64,000 bases of DNA, from contig NC_043021.1 in the NCBI RefSeq assembly GCF_006345805.1, forward strand, positions 11,718,001 to 11,782,000, given 5' to 3'. Shown here in pieces: positions 1-13,256 of this stretch. Below the pieces are notes generated by a model, which searched no databases, was not told the DNA's origin, and saw only the letters and a program-made list of their open reading frames with translations. The DNA is from Octopus sinensis. Taxonomy: Eukaryota. The position numbers and the translations under genes were made by a program. The stretch's first letter is position 1, and each line of letters begins with the position of its first letter.

Positions 1-1786
1 AAAGTACAAGGCTTGATAATTAAGGGAGGAGGTGGGGATAGTCAATTACACCAACCCCAATGCTCAACTTGTACTTATTTTATTTCCACCCCCACAAAAT
101 GATAAAATAGAAAGTCAACTTGGTAGGATTTGAACTCTGAATGTAAAACTGGAAGAAATAATGCTGAGCATTTTGTCCAGTGCATTAACAGTTGTGCCAG
201 CTCAATTTAATAATAATAATAATAATAATTGTTGTTGTTGAGTTGGCAGAACTGTTAGCATGCTGGGTTAAATGCTTAGCAGCATTTCATCTGTCTTTAC
301 GTTCTGAGTTCAAATCCTGTCAAGGTTGACTTTGCCTTTCATTCTTCCAGCGTTGATAAAATAAGCACCAGTTGAACACTGGGGGGCGTCAATGTAATCA
401 ACATACCCACTCCCACCTGAATTTGCTGGCGTTGTGCCAAAATTTGAAACCATTATTATTATTTATTATTGTTGTTATTATTATTATTATCCCTGATTCT
501 CACATATTTGACAATCGTTTTTTTTTTTTTTTTCTGTCACACCTGTCAGTGGTCCCTTCCTCCTCCCATGTTGATATATCCCACCCTGTGCTCTTTTCAA
601 GTTAAAAAATGCAAAATTGAAACCCCTGACTTCTTTTGTTTCAGGATTCCCTTTTCCCTACCAACTCCACCCCCCCTTTTTTTTTTAATTTATGCTTTGA
701 ATATATTTATAATTATTTCTCCCTCCCACATCACCCCTGTACCCCCCTCTTTTTTTTTGTTAGTTTGTTGCTTTCCCCCTGTCTCTTCTTGTGTTCCCCA
801 CTCTATGTACTGTGTGTGTGTGTGTGTGTGAGCAAGGTAAGGTCATCTCCAGTATAAGTGATCCAAAGTAGTCATAGGTGTGTCATATACAGTGTATATG
901 ACACACATGTATGGCTCTTCTCCAAGAAGATTCTCATTCTCAGTACCTCATTTGATTTTTTTTTTTTTTTTTTTTTGGTTTTAGATTGAAAGAGATAAAG
1001 GCTTCAATTAAAAACGTATTCAAAACTAGAATTCATAATTGGTTGAAGTGATCCAAAAATTTCATAAATGAATACACACACACATGCATCTGTGTGTGTG
1101 TGTTTGTGTGTGTGTGTGTGAGAGAGAGAGAGAGGTTTGAAATTCAGTTTCCTTGATCTGATGTATCCAAGTAGACTGTTCCGAGTTTTGTTTTTTCAAG
1201 TTCATCTTAAGTGTGTCTTTCTATCTCCCCTTTGGTTTACCAAGTCATTGGAAGCCACACATACACATTTGTATATATGTTATGTATAGGAAACAGTGCT
1301 TCAGTATGCTGTTAGCCACGATGAAAAAGCTAACTCACAAACATACAAACTATAACCACTGATGTATCATACTTTTTGTCTGGAGATAGAGATAATATCT
1401 TCAGATGAATACCATGGTAAATTTGCCTTTTTGCAATGTATTTGTATTAAGTATGATACACAGATGACTCTTTTAATCTAAAACTGCTTCTGTTGCATAT
1501 AAGGGATTTATATATATGTATGTATGTATGTATGTGTGTAAATTTTGATCTCCATTTGTTTTTTATACCTATTTCACACCTGGAATCATCCTTGAGTCAG
1601 ATCTACAATCTAAATTGGATTTGGTACTTAGATATCTACATACCTATGGTATGTTACAAACACATAATACCTCATGGTTGTTATAGCTCTCTGTGAATCC
1701 TATGTTATGGTACCTAGCCAGTTCTGGCATCCTATCTGCTGATGCACCTAGATTCTAATGAATTCTATAACTATATATATGTATGT

Positions 1787-1828
<42 letters not shown>

Positions 1829-2156
1829 CATACGTGCAGTTGTGGCTGTGTGGTAAGAAGCTTGCTTCCTAACCACATGGTTCTGGGTTCAGTCCCACTG
1901 CTTGGAACCTCGGGCAAGTGTCTTCTACTATAGCTTCAAGCTGCCCAAAGTCTTGTGAGTGGATTTGGTAGACGGACTCTGAAAGGAGCCCATTGTATAT
2001 ATATATATATATATAAAATATTATTAGAGACAAAACCACTATTTTACAAAACAAACAAGGAAAGACTTAATCAATACATAAAATTTTAATAAATAGTCAA
2101 AAAAACCGCCTAAATCTGATTTTTTCCCTGTAAATTTGGATTTATTCCCTAATATT

Positions 2157-2191
<35 letters not shown>

Positions 2192-2901
2192 TGTTTGTGT
2201 GTCTTTGTGTCTGTTTATCCCCTCACCATCATTTGACAACCGATATTGGTGTGTTTTGCATCTCCGTAATTTAGCGGTTCAGCAAAAGAGACCAATACAA
2301 TAAGTAGTCGGCTTACAAAGAATAAGTCCTAGGGTCGATTTTTTTTTTTTTTTTTTTTTTTTTACTATGACCCTTTAAGGCGGTGCTCCAACATAGCCAC
2401 AGTCAAATGACAAACAAGTAAAAGAATGTGTGTGTGTGTGTGTGTGTACATATATATATATATATATATAATATATATATATACAGTATATGTACGTATA
2501 TATATATATATATGTACATATACTGTATACATATTGTATAGAAAACACGTTCTCCCACAGTTACTGAGAGGTCCTCAGCTCACACTTGTAAACATGTTTA
2601 GCATCCCCCCCTCCAGCACAACTACCCCTCCCTCCACTACCACCACCATATCAACAAACCTCCTGCCACGACCACCTCTTCTCTTTCTATGCAGTTTCCT
2701 TTTCTACCAGACATTTCAACTAAAACTCTACGACAATACTCAATAACCATTGTATTGTTACCAATGCACTTCTGCTTGCAAGAAATTTGTTGTGAAGTGT
2801 GAGTCGTTGCTGTTGTTGTTGTTGTTGCTTTTAGCCACAATCAAGTGGGGGCGGGGGTGGATAAGATATATGAATTTCTGAAGAGAAAAGCGTAGTTTCA
2901 T

Positions 2902-2940
<39 letters not shown>

Positions 2941-3085
2941 ATTAAGCTTTTCAAATGTTGTAAAATTCTGACAAATCATATAGGTATATAAGTAGTATGC
3001 ATGTATGTATACGCATGTTGAAATATACATCCATGTACATGTTTGTGAATGAACATAGGAACATATACACATGTACAAATATATA

Positions 3086-3130
<45 letters not shown>

Positions 3131-3197
3131 TTTGTGAAATTTGATTTAGTATTTCTAAATTGAATTTTTCCCTGTAAATTTGGAATAATATTCTCTC

Positions 3198-3253
<56 letters not shown>

Positions 3254-3966
3254 CACACATGTATGAACATATATGTACATATTAAATTAAAAAATTTTTT
3301 TCTTTTTATAAAAGCCAAAACAATGCAAGTTATAAGAAAAGATATATAAGTCAATGGTTTGTACTTTTACCTTGTATTTCAATATTTCGGTTTTAGGAGC
3401 CCTTTGTCAGGAAATCTTCAGTTAAAATGGTGTTGTTGAACACACATGCTACAGAACAGACAGCCGTTCAAGAATTTGGACCTGGAGATTTCCATTTCCA
3501 GCGACAGAACAGACAAGCCAGCTCACAATGCCATTTCTCCAAAGATTTCCCGAAGGAGAGAGAGAGAGAGAGCTCCTAACCCTGAAATAGTGAAATACAA
3601 AGTAAAAATTACTAATCATCGTTACATGACTAATCATCAACTTGCATTGTTTGGTTTTAAAAAACAATCATTAAAAACACTAACACACACATATATAACC
3701 ATTTATATACTACATGTATAGATGTGTATGTGTGGGTGTACATGTATGTATATATATAATAAAATATTAGGGAATAAATCCAAACTTACAGGGAAAAATC
3801 AGATTTAAGATTGAATCCAATTTTATAGTAAAATATTATATTAAATTAGAGATAAAACCACTATTAGGCAAATCATACAATGAAAAACTTAAGCCAATAC
3901 ATAAGATTAATTAATTTATATTATTTAAATATATATCAAAATTATTAAAAAAGATAATTAATATAA

Positions 3967-4030
3967 CACTACAATCGTTTCATGGCTGTTCAATTCTTAA
4001 AATTTTCAAGTTACAGTCATTCTTCAGGTG
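3967..4030 (-). ncRNA. Type I hammerhead ribozyme motif (left arm of palindrome)
   Basis: cac-CUGAAGA-augacug/cagccau-GAAA-cgauug-UA^gug; mirror of the + copy. Confidence 0.75.
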
Positions 4031-4061
4031 GTTTAAATATTTAACTTGGCGAGGTTTAAAC

Positions 4062-4125
4062 CACCTGAAGAATGACTGTAACTCGAAAATTTTAAGAATT
4101 GAACAGCCATGAAACGATTGTAGTG
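4062..4125 (+). ncRNA. Type I hammerhead ribozyme motif (right arm of palindrome)
   Basis: Core CTGAAGA 4065-4071; 7-bp stem II with 1 mismatch; GAAA 4111-4114; near-palindromic stem III acgattgt; GUA triplet, predicted cleavage after 4122; stem I cac/gtg. Confidence 0.75.
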
Positions 4126-5448
4126 TTATATTAATTATCTTTTTTAATAATTTTGATATATATTTAAATAATATAAATTAATTAATCTTATGTATTGGCT
4201 TAAGTTTTTCATTGTATGATTTGCCTAGTAGTGGTTTTATCTCTAATTTAATATAATATATATATATATATATATATTTTGTATGTTTCTGCCCTAAAGC
4301 TGTGGCCATGCTGGGATATATATGTATATGCTATGTTTGTGTGTATCTGTGTATGAGTGAATGTATGTATGCGTGCATGATATTCATCTTCACTGCCTGG
4401 TATCCATCCACTTCTGTTTGTGACCTCCACCTCCAACCCCCCACAGCTGAAGTTACTGTTTGCACTAATGTGGAAGTAAGGTATCCTATCTATGAGTGTT
4501 ACATGCAGCCTGTCGAAAGAGGTGGGGACATTGTAAGACATGTTAATAATAATAACGATGATGATAATAACAATAATAAACAAAATGTGTGAAAGTCCCT
4601 AAAACCTGACAAAAAACAAGCTGATGTCATGCCGAATTGTAAAATTGTTTAAAAAAAAAAAGACAAAAAAAGTAAAATAACAGAAAAAAAAAACTTTTGC
4701 ACCTTTTGTGAGGTTTGAATTGTTTTTATTGATGTTTTGATGTTTTTTGCAATGTTGTTGTGGATTGGTAGAATGATGGGCAAAATATCTTGGGATATTT
4801 CATGTCTGTATTCCTTTATTATTTTACCTGTTTTAGTCATTTTGACTGCGGCCATGCTGGAGCACCGCTTTTAGTTGAACAATTCAACCCCCAGGACTTA
4901 TTCTTTGTAAGCAATGCGCCACATATCTCAGTCCTCTATCATCTCCATCTGAAGGCCCAGCAATTTGAGATCAGCCTTCAGTACCTCATCCCAGGTCTTC
5001 CTGGATCTCCCCCTTCACCTGCACTTTACATTAATACATTAACATCATTATGTAATAAGGATTGCTATTCAGACTTGTGATTCTCACCCAGTGAGATTGG
5101 AACTCAGAACAACAAGACACAAATACTCCAAGACATTTTGTCCAACCCTCTAAGCAATTCTGCCAATGGACTGCTCTGTAGATGGACTAAATAATAGTTA
5201 TTTTATTGTTTGTTTTTCTCTGTTGGCATGGGTTGTATAGGTCTACATAAGTGTTGCAGTCTCAACCTGCTAGAAATAGCAGTCAAGTCATCCCCTCCCC
5301 CTTGCATACCACAATCTTAAAAACTGATTTGACACTGATCCTGGGTTATTTGCTGTTTAGGAAAAGAGAGGATGTTCAAAGTTGTGCTCAGTCATGGTTG
5401 GAAAGCAAGAAGAAATGCTAAAATGAGATCATATATATATATATATAA

Positions 5449-5647
5449 AATCAAAATAATCAACAAGAATGACTCCGCTAATTTGGTACGATCGTTTCGT
5501 ACTACATCATTTTATTAAATGTTGTAAGTATTACAACAGATTTAAAATGCCGAGTACTGTTGTAATACTTACAACATTTAATAAAATGATGTAGTACAAA
5601 ACAATCGTACCAAATTACCGGAGTCATTCTTGTTGCTTATTTTGATT
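5449..5647. repeat. Palindrome, 91-bp arms, 17-nt spacer
   Basis: Arms 5449-5539 and 5557-5647. Confidence 0.9.
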
Positions 5648-5764
5648 ATAATCACCCCACGGATTTTTATGGATAACACCATACAAAATTCTGGTGCATC
5701 TAAATTAAGTACCATATTTATTTGAATCTAAATTTTTGCTGAACTTATATATATATATATATTT

Positions 5765-6345
5765 ACACAGCATATTTCCAAAAGTCTCGGTCACTAGTCA
5801 TTGCCTCGGTGAGGCCTAATGTTTGAAGGTCGTGCTTCACCACTTCATCCCAGGACTTCCTGGGTCTACCTCTTCCACAGGTTCCCTCAACCGCTAGGGT
5901 CTGGCACTTTTTCACACAGCTATCTTCATCCATTCTTGCCACATGACCATACCATCACAGTCGTCTCTCTTGCACACTACATCTGATGCTTCTTAGGTCC
6001 AACTTTTCTCTCAAGGTATTTACACTCTGTCGAGTATGAACTTATATATATACACATCCATCGGATCATACTGGCTTCATTCCTTGCGAGCTTACGCATA
6101 TCCTCAGCAGTTATGGCCCATGTTTCACTGCCATGTAGCATGGCTGTTCGTACACATGCATCATACAGTCTGCCTTTTACTCTGAGCGAGAGGCCCTTTG
6201 TCACCAGCAGAGGTAAGAGCTCTCTCAACTTTGCCCAGGCTATTCTTATTCTAGCAGCTACACTTTCAGCGCACCCTCACCCGCCATTGACTTGGTCACC
6301 TAGGTAACGGAAGCTATCAACTACTTTTAGTTTTTCTTCCTGGAA
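5765..6345 (-). mobile_element. RTE-clade LINE 3' ORF fragment
   Basis: DSFRYLGDQV...RELLPLLVTKGLSLRVKGRLYDACVRTAMLHGSETWA...GRGRPRK-type C-terminus, with frame disruptions. Confidence 0.9.
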
Positions 6346-6691
6346 TGTGGCGGAAGTTGTTCTGTCTTTCTCTCTTGCTACATATATATATATATATATA
6401 CACTGTTGTGTCTGGGGAGAGTCATTCTCTTCTGGTACCCTACAACTCAACACACTCACCAGTAACACTTCCACCCACTTACCCCCTATTCCTGCTACGT
6501 CCTGCAACCCTCTCAATAGTTTTGAGACTTAAAACTATTGAAAAATAAAAAAAATAAGTGGAAACTCCACCGGTGAGTGTGTTAAACCACAAGGCACCAA
6601 AAGAGAATGACTCTCCCCAGACACAACAGTATATGCTTCAACACACAAACTCACATAAAGAATCTTGCAAACCAAATCCAAAAATGAAATA

Positions 6692-7244
6692 TATTGTGTT
6701 CTCCGGAAATGTTGTGCCGATTTTTAAAGGAAAGAAAAAGTTCAATAAATACTTGGCAATCAACCAAATATGAACCATTTTGTTGCACAATGCGTCTCCA
6801 TCTTACCTTTATCTTGAAAATACCCTCTTCCCAGAATTGAGGTGGTTTCATGGCAAAGAATTCATCAAGGTATCTTTTTACGTCATCCAAGGAATTGAAA
6901 TTTTTACCATTAAGACTATTCTGCAGAGACCTGAATGAGTGGAAATCCGATGGAGCAATATCTGGTGAATACGGAGGGTGGGGTTACACATCCCAGCCAA
7001 GCTGCAGCAATTGTTGTCTGGTTCCCAAAGCATCAAGTGCCGAAAATGAACTTTCTTATCTTCCATTTTAAAGGGTTACAGAATTAACACAGGTTATAGG
7101 AACATAAACATTCTTCGACGAAAAGATAGCTTAAACTGTGCTCTAAATGGAGGTGTAGTCAAATCCTATTTTTTGGACTCAACCATGTTCTAAAATAAGT
7201 CGAAAGGTAAGCTACTATAAATCGGCAAGAACTTTCCGGACAAC

Positions 7245-7250
<6 letters not shown>
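6692..7250 (-). mobile_element. Internally deleted mariner element
   Basis: About 30-bp terminal inverted repeats with TA flanks; N-terminus MEDKKVHFRHL joined to C-terminus PHPPYSPDIAPSD...RWRRIVQQNGSY; in-frame stop. Confidence 0.9.
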
Positions 7251-7294
<44 letters not shown>

Positions 7295-7395
7295 CACAAG
7301 GGGAGGGGCTGAAAAGTTCTTGGCTTTGGGTAAAAGGAAATATAGGTGGATCAGTTACTTAAGATTTTATTCAGCATATTCCATTCTCAGATTCG

Positions 7396-7787
7396 CATGT
7401 CAGATTTACCAGAGGGGCAGGTAAACCCATAACATTAAATGACATGTCAGATTCGCCAGAGGGGCAGGGACAACCCATAACATTACATGGGCATGTTAGA
7501 TTTGCCAGAGGGGCAGGCTCAACCCATAACATTACATTACATATGTCAGATTTGCCAGTGGGGCAGGTCCAATCCATAACATTACATGAGATGTCAGATT
7601 TGCCAGAGGGGCAGGTCCAACCCATAACATTACATGACATGTCAGATTTGCCAGAGGGGCAGGTCCAACCCATAACATTACATGACATGTCAGATTTGCC
7701 AGAGGGGCAGGTCCAACCCATAACATTACATGACATGTCAGATTTGCCAGAGGGGCAGGGCCAACCTATAACATTACATGACATGTC
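7396..7787. repeat. 48-bp minisatellite, about 8 copies
   Basis: Unit catgtcagatttgccagaggggcaggtccaacccataacattacatga. Confidence 0.95.
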
Positions 7788-10700
7788 GAAGATTCGCCAT
7801 TACATTTCAGTCAGATCCAGTGCCGAGTTGCTGAAGCAGAAATATCGTTATAGCAAATATTCTGCTCAATACCACAGATTGGTTGTCAGTTGCTTGACAG
7901 TGACCACTTGAGCACGTCCCTTAGTACCCGACACTATGTGCATCCCTGATGATAAGCAGGAATAGTGAAGAAGCATCAAAGCCGTGTGTTGAGAGGCATT
8001 CTTTACAGTTTGAATAAACGTAAGAAAAGTGAAATTTGAAGGAAATAGCAATTTTTCATACTTTCTAGGGGGCAAGCAAATTGGAAATAACAGTTGCTGT
8101 CCAAGGGCAAAAATCATGTAACACACCGTTATGGTGACGGGGATAGAGGTAATGACGAAGGCAATTAATGATAATGATGGTGGTGGTTATGATGGTGATT
8201 ATGATTATGGTGGTGGTGGTGGTGACAATGGTATTCGTGGCAAGAAAGAAAAGAAAATAAGAAACAACAATAGAAAAATACTTTATCTTTATTATTCAAT
8301 CATAATAGATTTCTGCTTTTGTACCTTGGTTAAAACTGATACCCCTGGGTGGAGGTAAATAAGAGAAACAACAGGGTAAGATTGAAAAAAAGCTAAATAG
8401 GTAAGGGGGAGGGGGTGAGTGTATGTACTTTATATATATACATATACACACACATATATGTATGTATGTATGTATGTATATATACACACAAGTTTACATG
8501 TAGATTGTATGTGTATGCACATATGCTCATATATACACAAATTATAGTTCATTTGTTTTACATCCATTTTTCCATAGTGGGATGGGCTGGACATACACAC
8601 ACATATATATATATACACACACACACATACATTAATATATATATACATACACACATATATACATTAATATATATATATATACACACACACATATACATTT
8701 ATATATATATACACATGCATTTTTATATATATACATACACATACTTATATACATACCTATATATATATACACACATTTATATACATATCTATGCATATAC
8801 ATATATATAGATAGATAAATATGCATGTATATAAATATATATATATATAAGCATACATATAATATTTATACGAATATTTGTGAGTTTGATGTAGATGCAT
8901 ATATACATCTGTTATACATACATAAATATTTACACAAACTTCATGGAGGAAAAATTTTCTTTTTTCATTAACAACTTCCCCCATCAAAACTGCAAATTTA
9001 ATTTGTGGAGAGCAAAATGGCACAAATTATCCTCATTGATGTCGTCATCATTAGTTACATATATATATTTTAAAAAATTTGTTTCTGCCTCCGAGTCATC
9101 ATGCTTGGCCATATGTGGAGGGAGCAAAAGGAGTTTTCTTTTTGTTTTTGTTATTTTAAAATTATTTTACCGAATTGGTTGCATTCTACTGTTTTCAGGT
9201 TTTCCTGACTTTACAATCATCAGTCGTCTGTCCAAGCAAGGAAAGTGCAGGTCATCTTTTTCTTACTTACTCAGAAAGCGACCAATGATGCTTCTAGTGA
9301 GAGCCATGTAGGGAAGAGAGATAAGGAAGGAGAGGAAAATAGAGAGGGAGACAGAGGGTGAGATGCAACTAATAGCATACAATGCAGTAAAGATATGCAA
9401 GGTAGTGAGAGAGAGAGAAAGTAAATTATTAAACCCTTTTGAGAGACGCAGTGTTTTGTCTATTGAGATACATCTACTGAAAGAAGGTCTCTGATTAGCT
9501 ATAACACTTCAAAACCAACCATTCACAACATTCGTTCCATCGGGCTGATGGATTAGCCTCAAAGTCCTATCAGCTTGTATCACTTGGGTCGATCAATTGG
9601 CCTGGGCATTCCGAGAGGGTTAAAATATAATCAAATATACTTCGACTCCTCTCCTGAATTGTGGGGCCCTTGGGCCTACATTAGGATATTAACGTTATTA
9701 ATGGGTTCAAATTCTGGCACAAGGTCTGCAATTTCAAGAGTAGGGGATAAATTGATTACGTTGACAACCCACCCCACCCTGTGTTTAACTGGTAGTTGTT
9801 TCATTGATCCCAGAAGGATGAAAGGAAAAGTTGACCTCAGTGGAATTTGAACTCAGAATGTGAAGATGGACACTAAGCATTTTGCCTGGTACGCTAACAA
9901 TTTTGCCAGCTCGCTGCCTTAGAATTATCATCTACTATGATAAAATTCTTGTGTTTTTCTCTATCACAACATATGAATAAGAAAGGAAGGGGTGATAGGT
10001 GAATAAGGAAGGAAGGGGTGGTAGCAAACTGGAAGTGGGAGCGTTTCAACTCTGCATGAGTATATGTGTGTGTATGTAAAAGGGAGGTATGTGAATGTTT
10101 GTATGTGTGAACCAGCATTCTTTCAGTAACAAACGATGGTTGATGTTACATCTCAAAAAACAACCACGAGATAACACTGACAAGTGTATTAATTTGATTT
10201 ACCATCCATATTTATATATATAAAATACTACAATTAGCTGTTATTTTTGACAGCACGGGCCCGGCTAGTAATAATATATAAAGGTTTCAGATTTTGCCAT
10301 AAGGTTTTCAATTTAAAGGGAGGCGGATAGTCGATTACTTCAACCCATGCTCAACTTGTATCAACCCCAAAAGGATTTAAAAAAAAGGCAAAGTCATTCT
10401 CAGCAGCATTTGAACTCAAAACCGTAAAGAACCAGAAGAAATGCTATTGAGCATTTTGTCCAATATGCTAACGATTCTGCCAACTTGTCTTATTTATCAA
10501 TAATAATAATATGGCGAGCTGGTAGATGCATGCCTACACCAGAGAAAATACTCGGTGGCATTCCTTCCAACTCTTCAGGTTCTGAATTCAAATGCTACCA
10601 ATGGTCTTTCGTCCTTTTGGAGTCAACAAAATAAGTACGAGTCAAGTGCTGGAGTCAACTTCCCCCTAAAACTTCTGGCCTTGTGCTAAATTTTGAAGCA

Positions 10701-11301
10701 GTTATCAACATCATTATTATTATTATTATTACTATTACTATTAAGGCATTTCATTTGTCTTTATGTTCCGAGTTCAAATTCTGCCGAGGTCGACTTTGCC
10801 TATACACTCTGTGGAGTGGTTGGTGTTAGGAAGGACACCCAGCCATAGAGACCATGCCAGAACAGACACGGAACCTGGTACAGATCCTAGCCATACCAAT
10901 TCCAGTCAAACTATCCAACCCATGCCAGCATGGAAAACAGACATTAAATGAGGATGATTATATATATATATATATATATTATATTTTATATATATATATA
11001 GCACTATGCATCCCTCCCATTACCCACACACTGTACATCATCTCTGCTGTGAACTTACTCCTCTCATAACACACCTACTACTTCTGCTACTCCCTCTGCC
11101 TTTCACCTTCCCATCTACTTACTTATCCCCCATGCCCTCCACACCACTTCTCTTGTGTCCACCTACCTCTTAATTGAGGGTACTCTTTGACACACTATCA
11201 TCATCATCATCATCCTTCTTCTCCTCCAGCTGAGGAAACTGATGTTTCTCTAAAGTAAAACACCTGTTACTGTCCTTCTATCATATTTTTTAGTCTCATA
11301 A

Positions 11302-11695
11302 TCTTTATATATAAAAGTCAAGTTGTGTGTCTGTCTCCTACAATTTAGATTCCTAACTACTCCCACATTTTGCAGTGCAGTTTAACCAAAACCGGGTATC
11401 TTATAGTCGTGATTCATATCGAGCCCTTCTGGGTATTAGCGTGCATCTACGATGAGTCTACGATTTAAAAGAAAATTTACCATCAATTTTTCCCATTTTT
11501 AATGCATTTTTGGCATATATAAGGGAAGTAACTCTCTAACAATTTATTATTAAATCTCAGAACGTAAAAAGTTACAGTAACACCCCATCCTTTGTGGTTA
11601 GCCATATTGAGATGGCTATTATACTTTACATCTCTAAAAATGCTTATATAGTTATTTCCCTTACAAACCCGAGCAACGCCGGGCGATACTGCTAG
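11302..11695 (+). mobile_element. Non-autonomous Helitron
   Basis: A|TC 5' end (tctttatatataaaag), subterminal hairpin cccg-agcaacgc-cggg, CTAG|T 3' end. Confidence 0.85.
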
Positions 11696-12000
11696 TCTGG
11701 CATAAAAAAAAAGATAAGAAATGAGAAGAAATAGTCCGGGAACAAGAGAAAAAGAATAAAAAGCTAATTATTCAACCATCTGCTTTGCAATAATAGAAAT
11801 AATTTATTTTAATCCAAATAATCAATTCTTTAAAAAAAAAGTGATAATGAGAAATTGTGGTGAGAAAAAAAAGAAAAAGCTACAACAAGGCAAGAAATAC
11901 ACAAAAACAAAAGAAATCTCTGTGATATGATGAAACAGAATAACAACTATTTACAGGTTTTTCAGAAAAATAAGTGATTTAGAGATAGGGTCAACAAAGT

Positions 12001-12360
12001 AAGTACCCCTATCTAGGTGCAGAGATGGCCATGTATCACATTTTCTTGTAGAGATGACACATTTAAGTACCCTGTCTCCGATAAGAAGGTCCCAGTTAAG
12101 TATCCCATTTCTGGTACGAATACCCCCAAAGAATAACCTGTCTTGCAGAGATGAAACATTTGAGGACCTTGTTTCTGGTAGGAATACTCCAGAAAAGTAC
12201 CTTACTGTGTAGATATGGTACAGTTAAGTACTGAGTTTCTCGATGGAATATCTCAGAAAAGTAGCCTGTTCGGTAGAAATTACCCTGTTTCTGGTAGGAA
12301 TGGTCCAGTAAAGAACCCTCTCCGAAATAAATGCATCAATTAAGTACTCTGGTAAATTAG
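12001..12360. repeat. Highly degenerate tandem array, period about 31-33 bp
   Basis: Recurring (t/a)aagtacc.tgtttctggtaggaat..tccag. Confidence 0.7.
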
Positions 12361-12904
12361 TAAAGAAGCATATTTCATTCCTCAACTCCAAGCCCACTGC
12401 CACATGCTGTTATATCTGACCACCAACGCTAATCTAATCTTAAGAAGTTCCATTTAATGGCAATATGAAGTGGATAGCAGAAGAAAAGGGAGTGGGGGGG
12501 AGGACAGTTCGTTCTTTTTCTTTTCTTTTTTCTTACATTCTTGCTATCAAAACGTTGAAGAATTTAAAAGAAAGAACACGACAAAATACTATATGTAAGT
12601 TCCATACACACACACATAGCAACAATTTAGCAAAAAGCATTGAGACAATAGAAGGCTCAACTTTACCTCTCTTTTTCTTGCTACACACACGATTATACAC
12701 ACACAAACACACATATATATATATATACACATATACATACATATATATACATACATACGCATATATATATATATATATATATATTCATACATACATATAT
12801 ACATACATACACGTATACATACATATATATACACATACATACACATATACATACATATATATACATATACGTACATATATACATACACATACACATATAT
12901 ACAT

Positions 12905-12957
<53 letters not shown>

Positions 12958-13012
12958 CATACATACATATACATACATATATACATACATACACACACAT
13001 ACATATATATTA

Positions 13013-13256
13013 ATATTGTTGCATTTTGGGACGGTCATGTTGCCAATGTAGCAAATGAGAACACACGCACTGTATATTTGGTGTTCCCTTGCTTCAGCTT
13101 TACTTCATATGAATTGTATATTTGTATTTCGGCCATACAATACAAGCAAATACAATTCATATGAAATAAAACTGAAGCAAGTGAACACCAAATATACAGT
13201 GCGTGTGTTCTCATTGGCTACACTGGCAACGTGACCGTCCCAAAATGCAACAATAT
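13013..13256. repeat. Palindrome, about 117-bp arms, 10-nt spacer
   Basis: Arms 13013-13128 and 13139-13256, several mismatches. Confidence 0.9.

Larger units (their letters stand above)
3833..4259. repeat. Long palindrome, about 205-bp arms, 17-nt spacer
   Basis: Arms 3833-4037 and 4055-4259, 2 mismatches seen; sits in TA microsatellite. Confidence 0.95.

Noticed and set aside
878-906. 13-bp perfect hairpin gtgtgtcatatac-agt-gtatatgacacac
   Set aside because: Short, made of low-complexity TG/TA sequence, and too small for a pre-miRNA.
2690-2815. Possible + strand terminal exon after ttttctaccag
   Set aside because: No frame gives a recognisable protein and no upstream exon was found in the window.
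7396-7787. 48-bp repeats as a CRISPR array
   Set aside because: Units are contiguous with no unique spacers, there are no cas genes and the context is eukaryotic.
12540-12601. Possible + strand exon ending in GTAAGT ([18 protein letters not shown])
   Set aside because: No clear acceptor, partner exon or homology.
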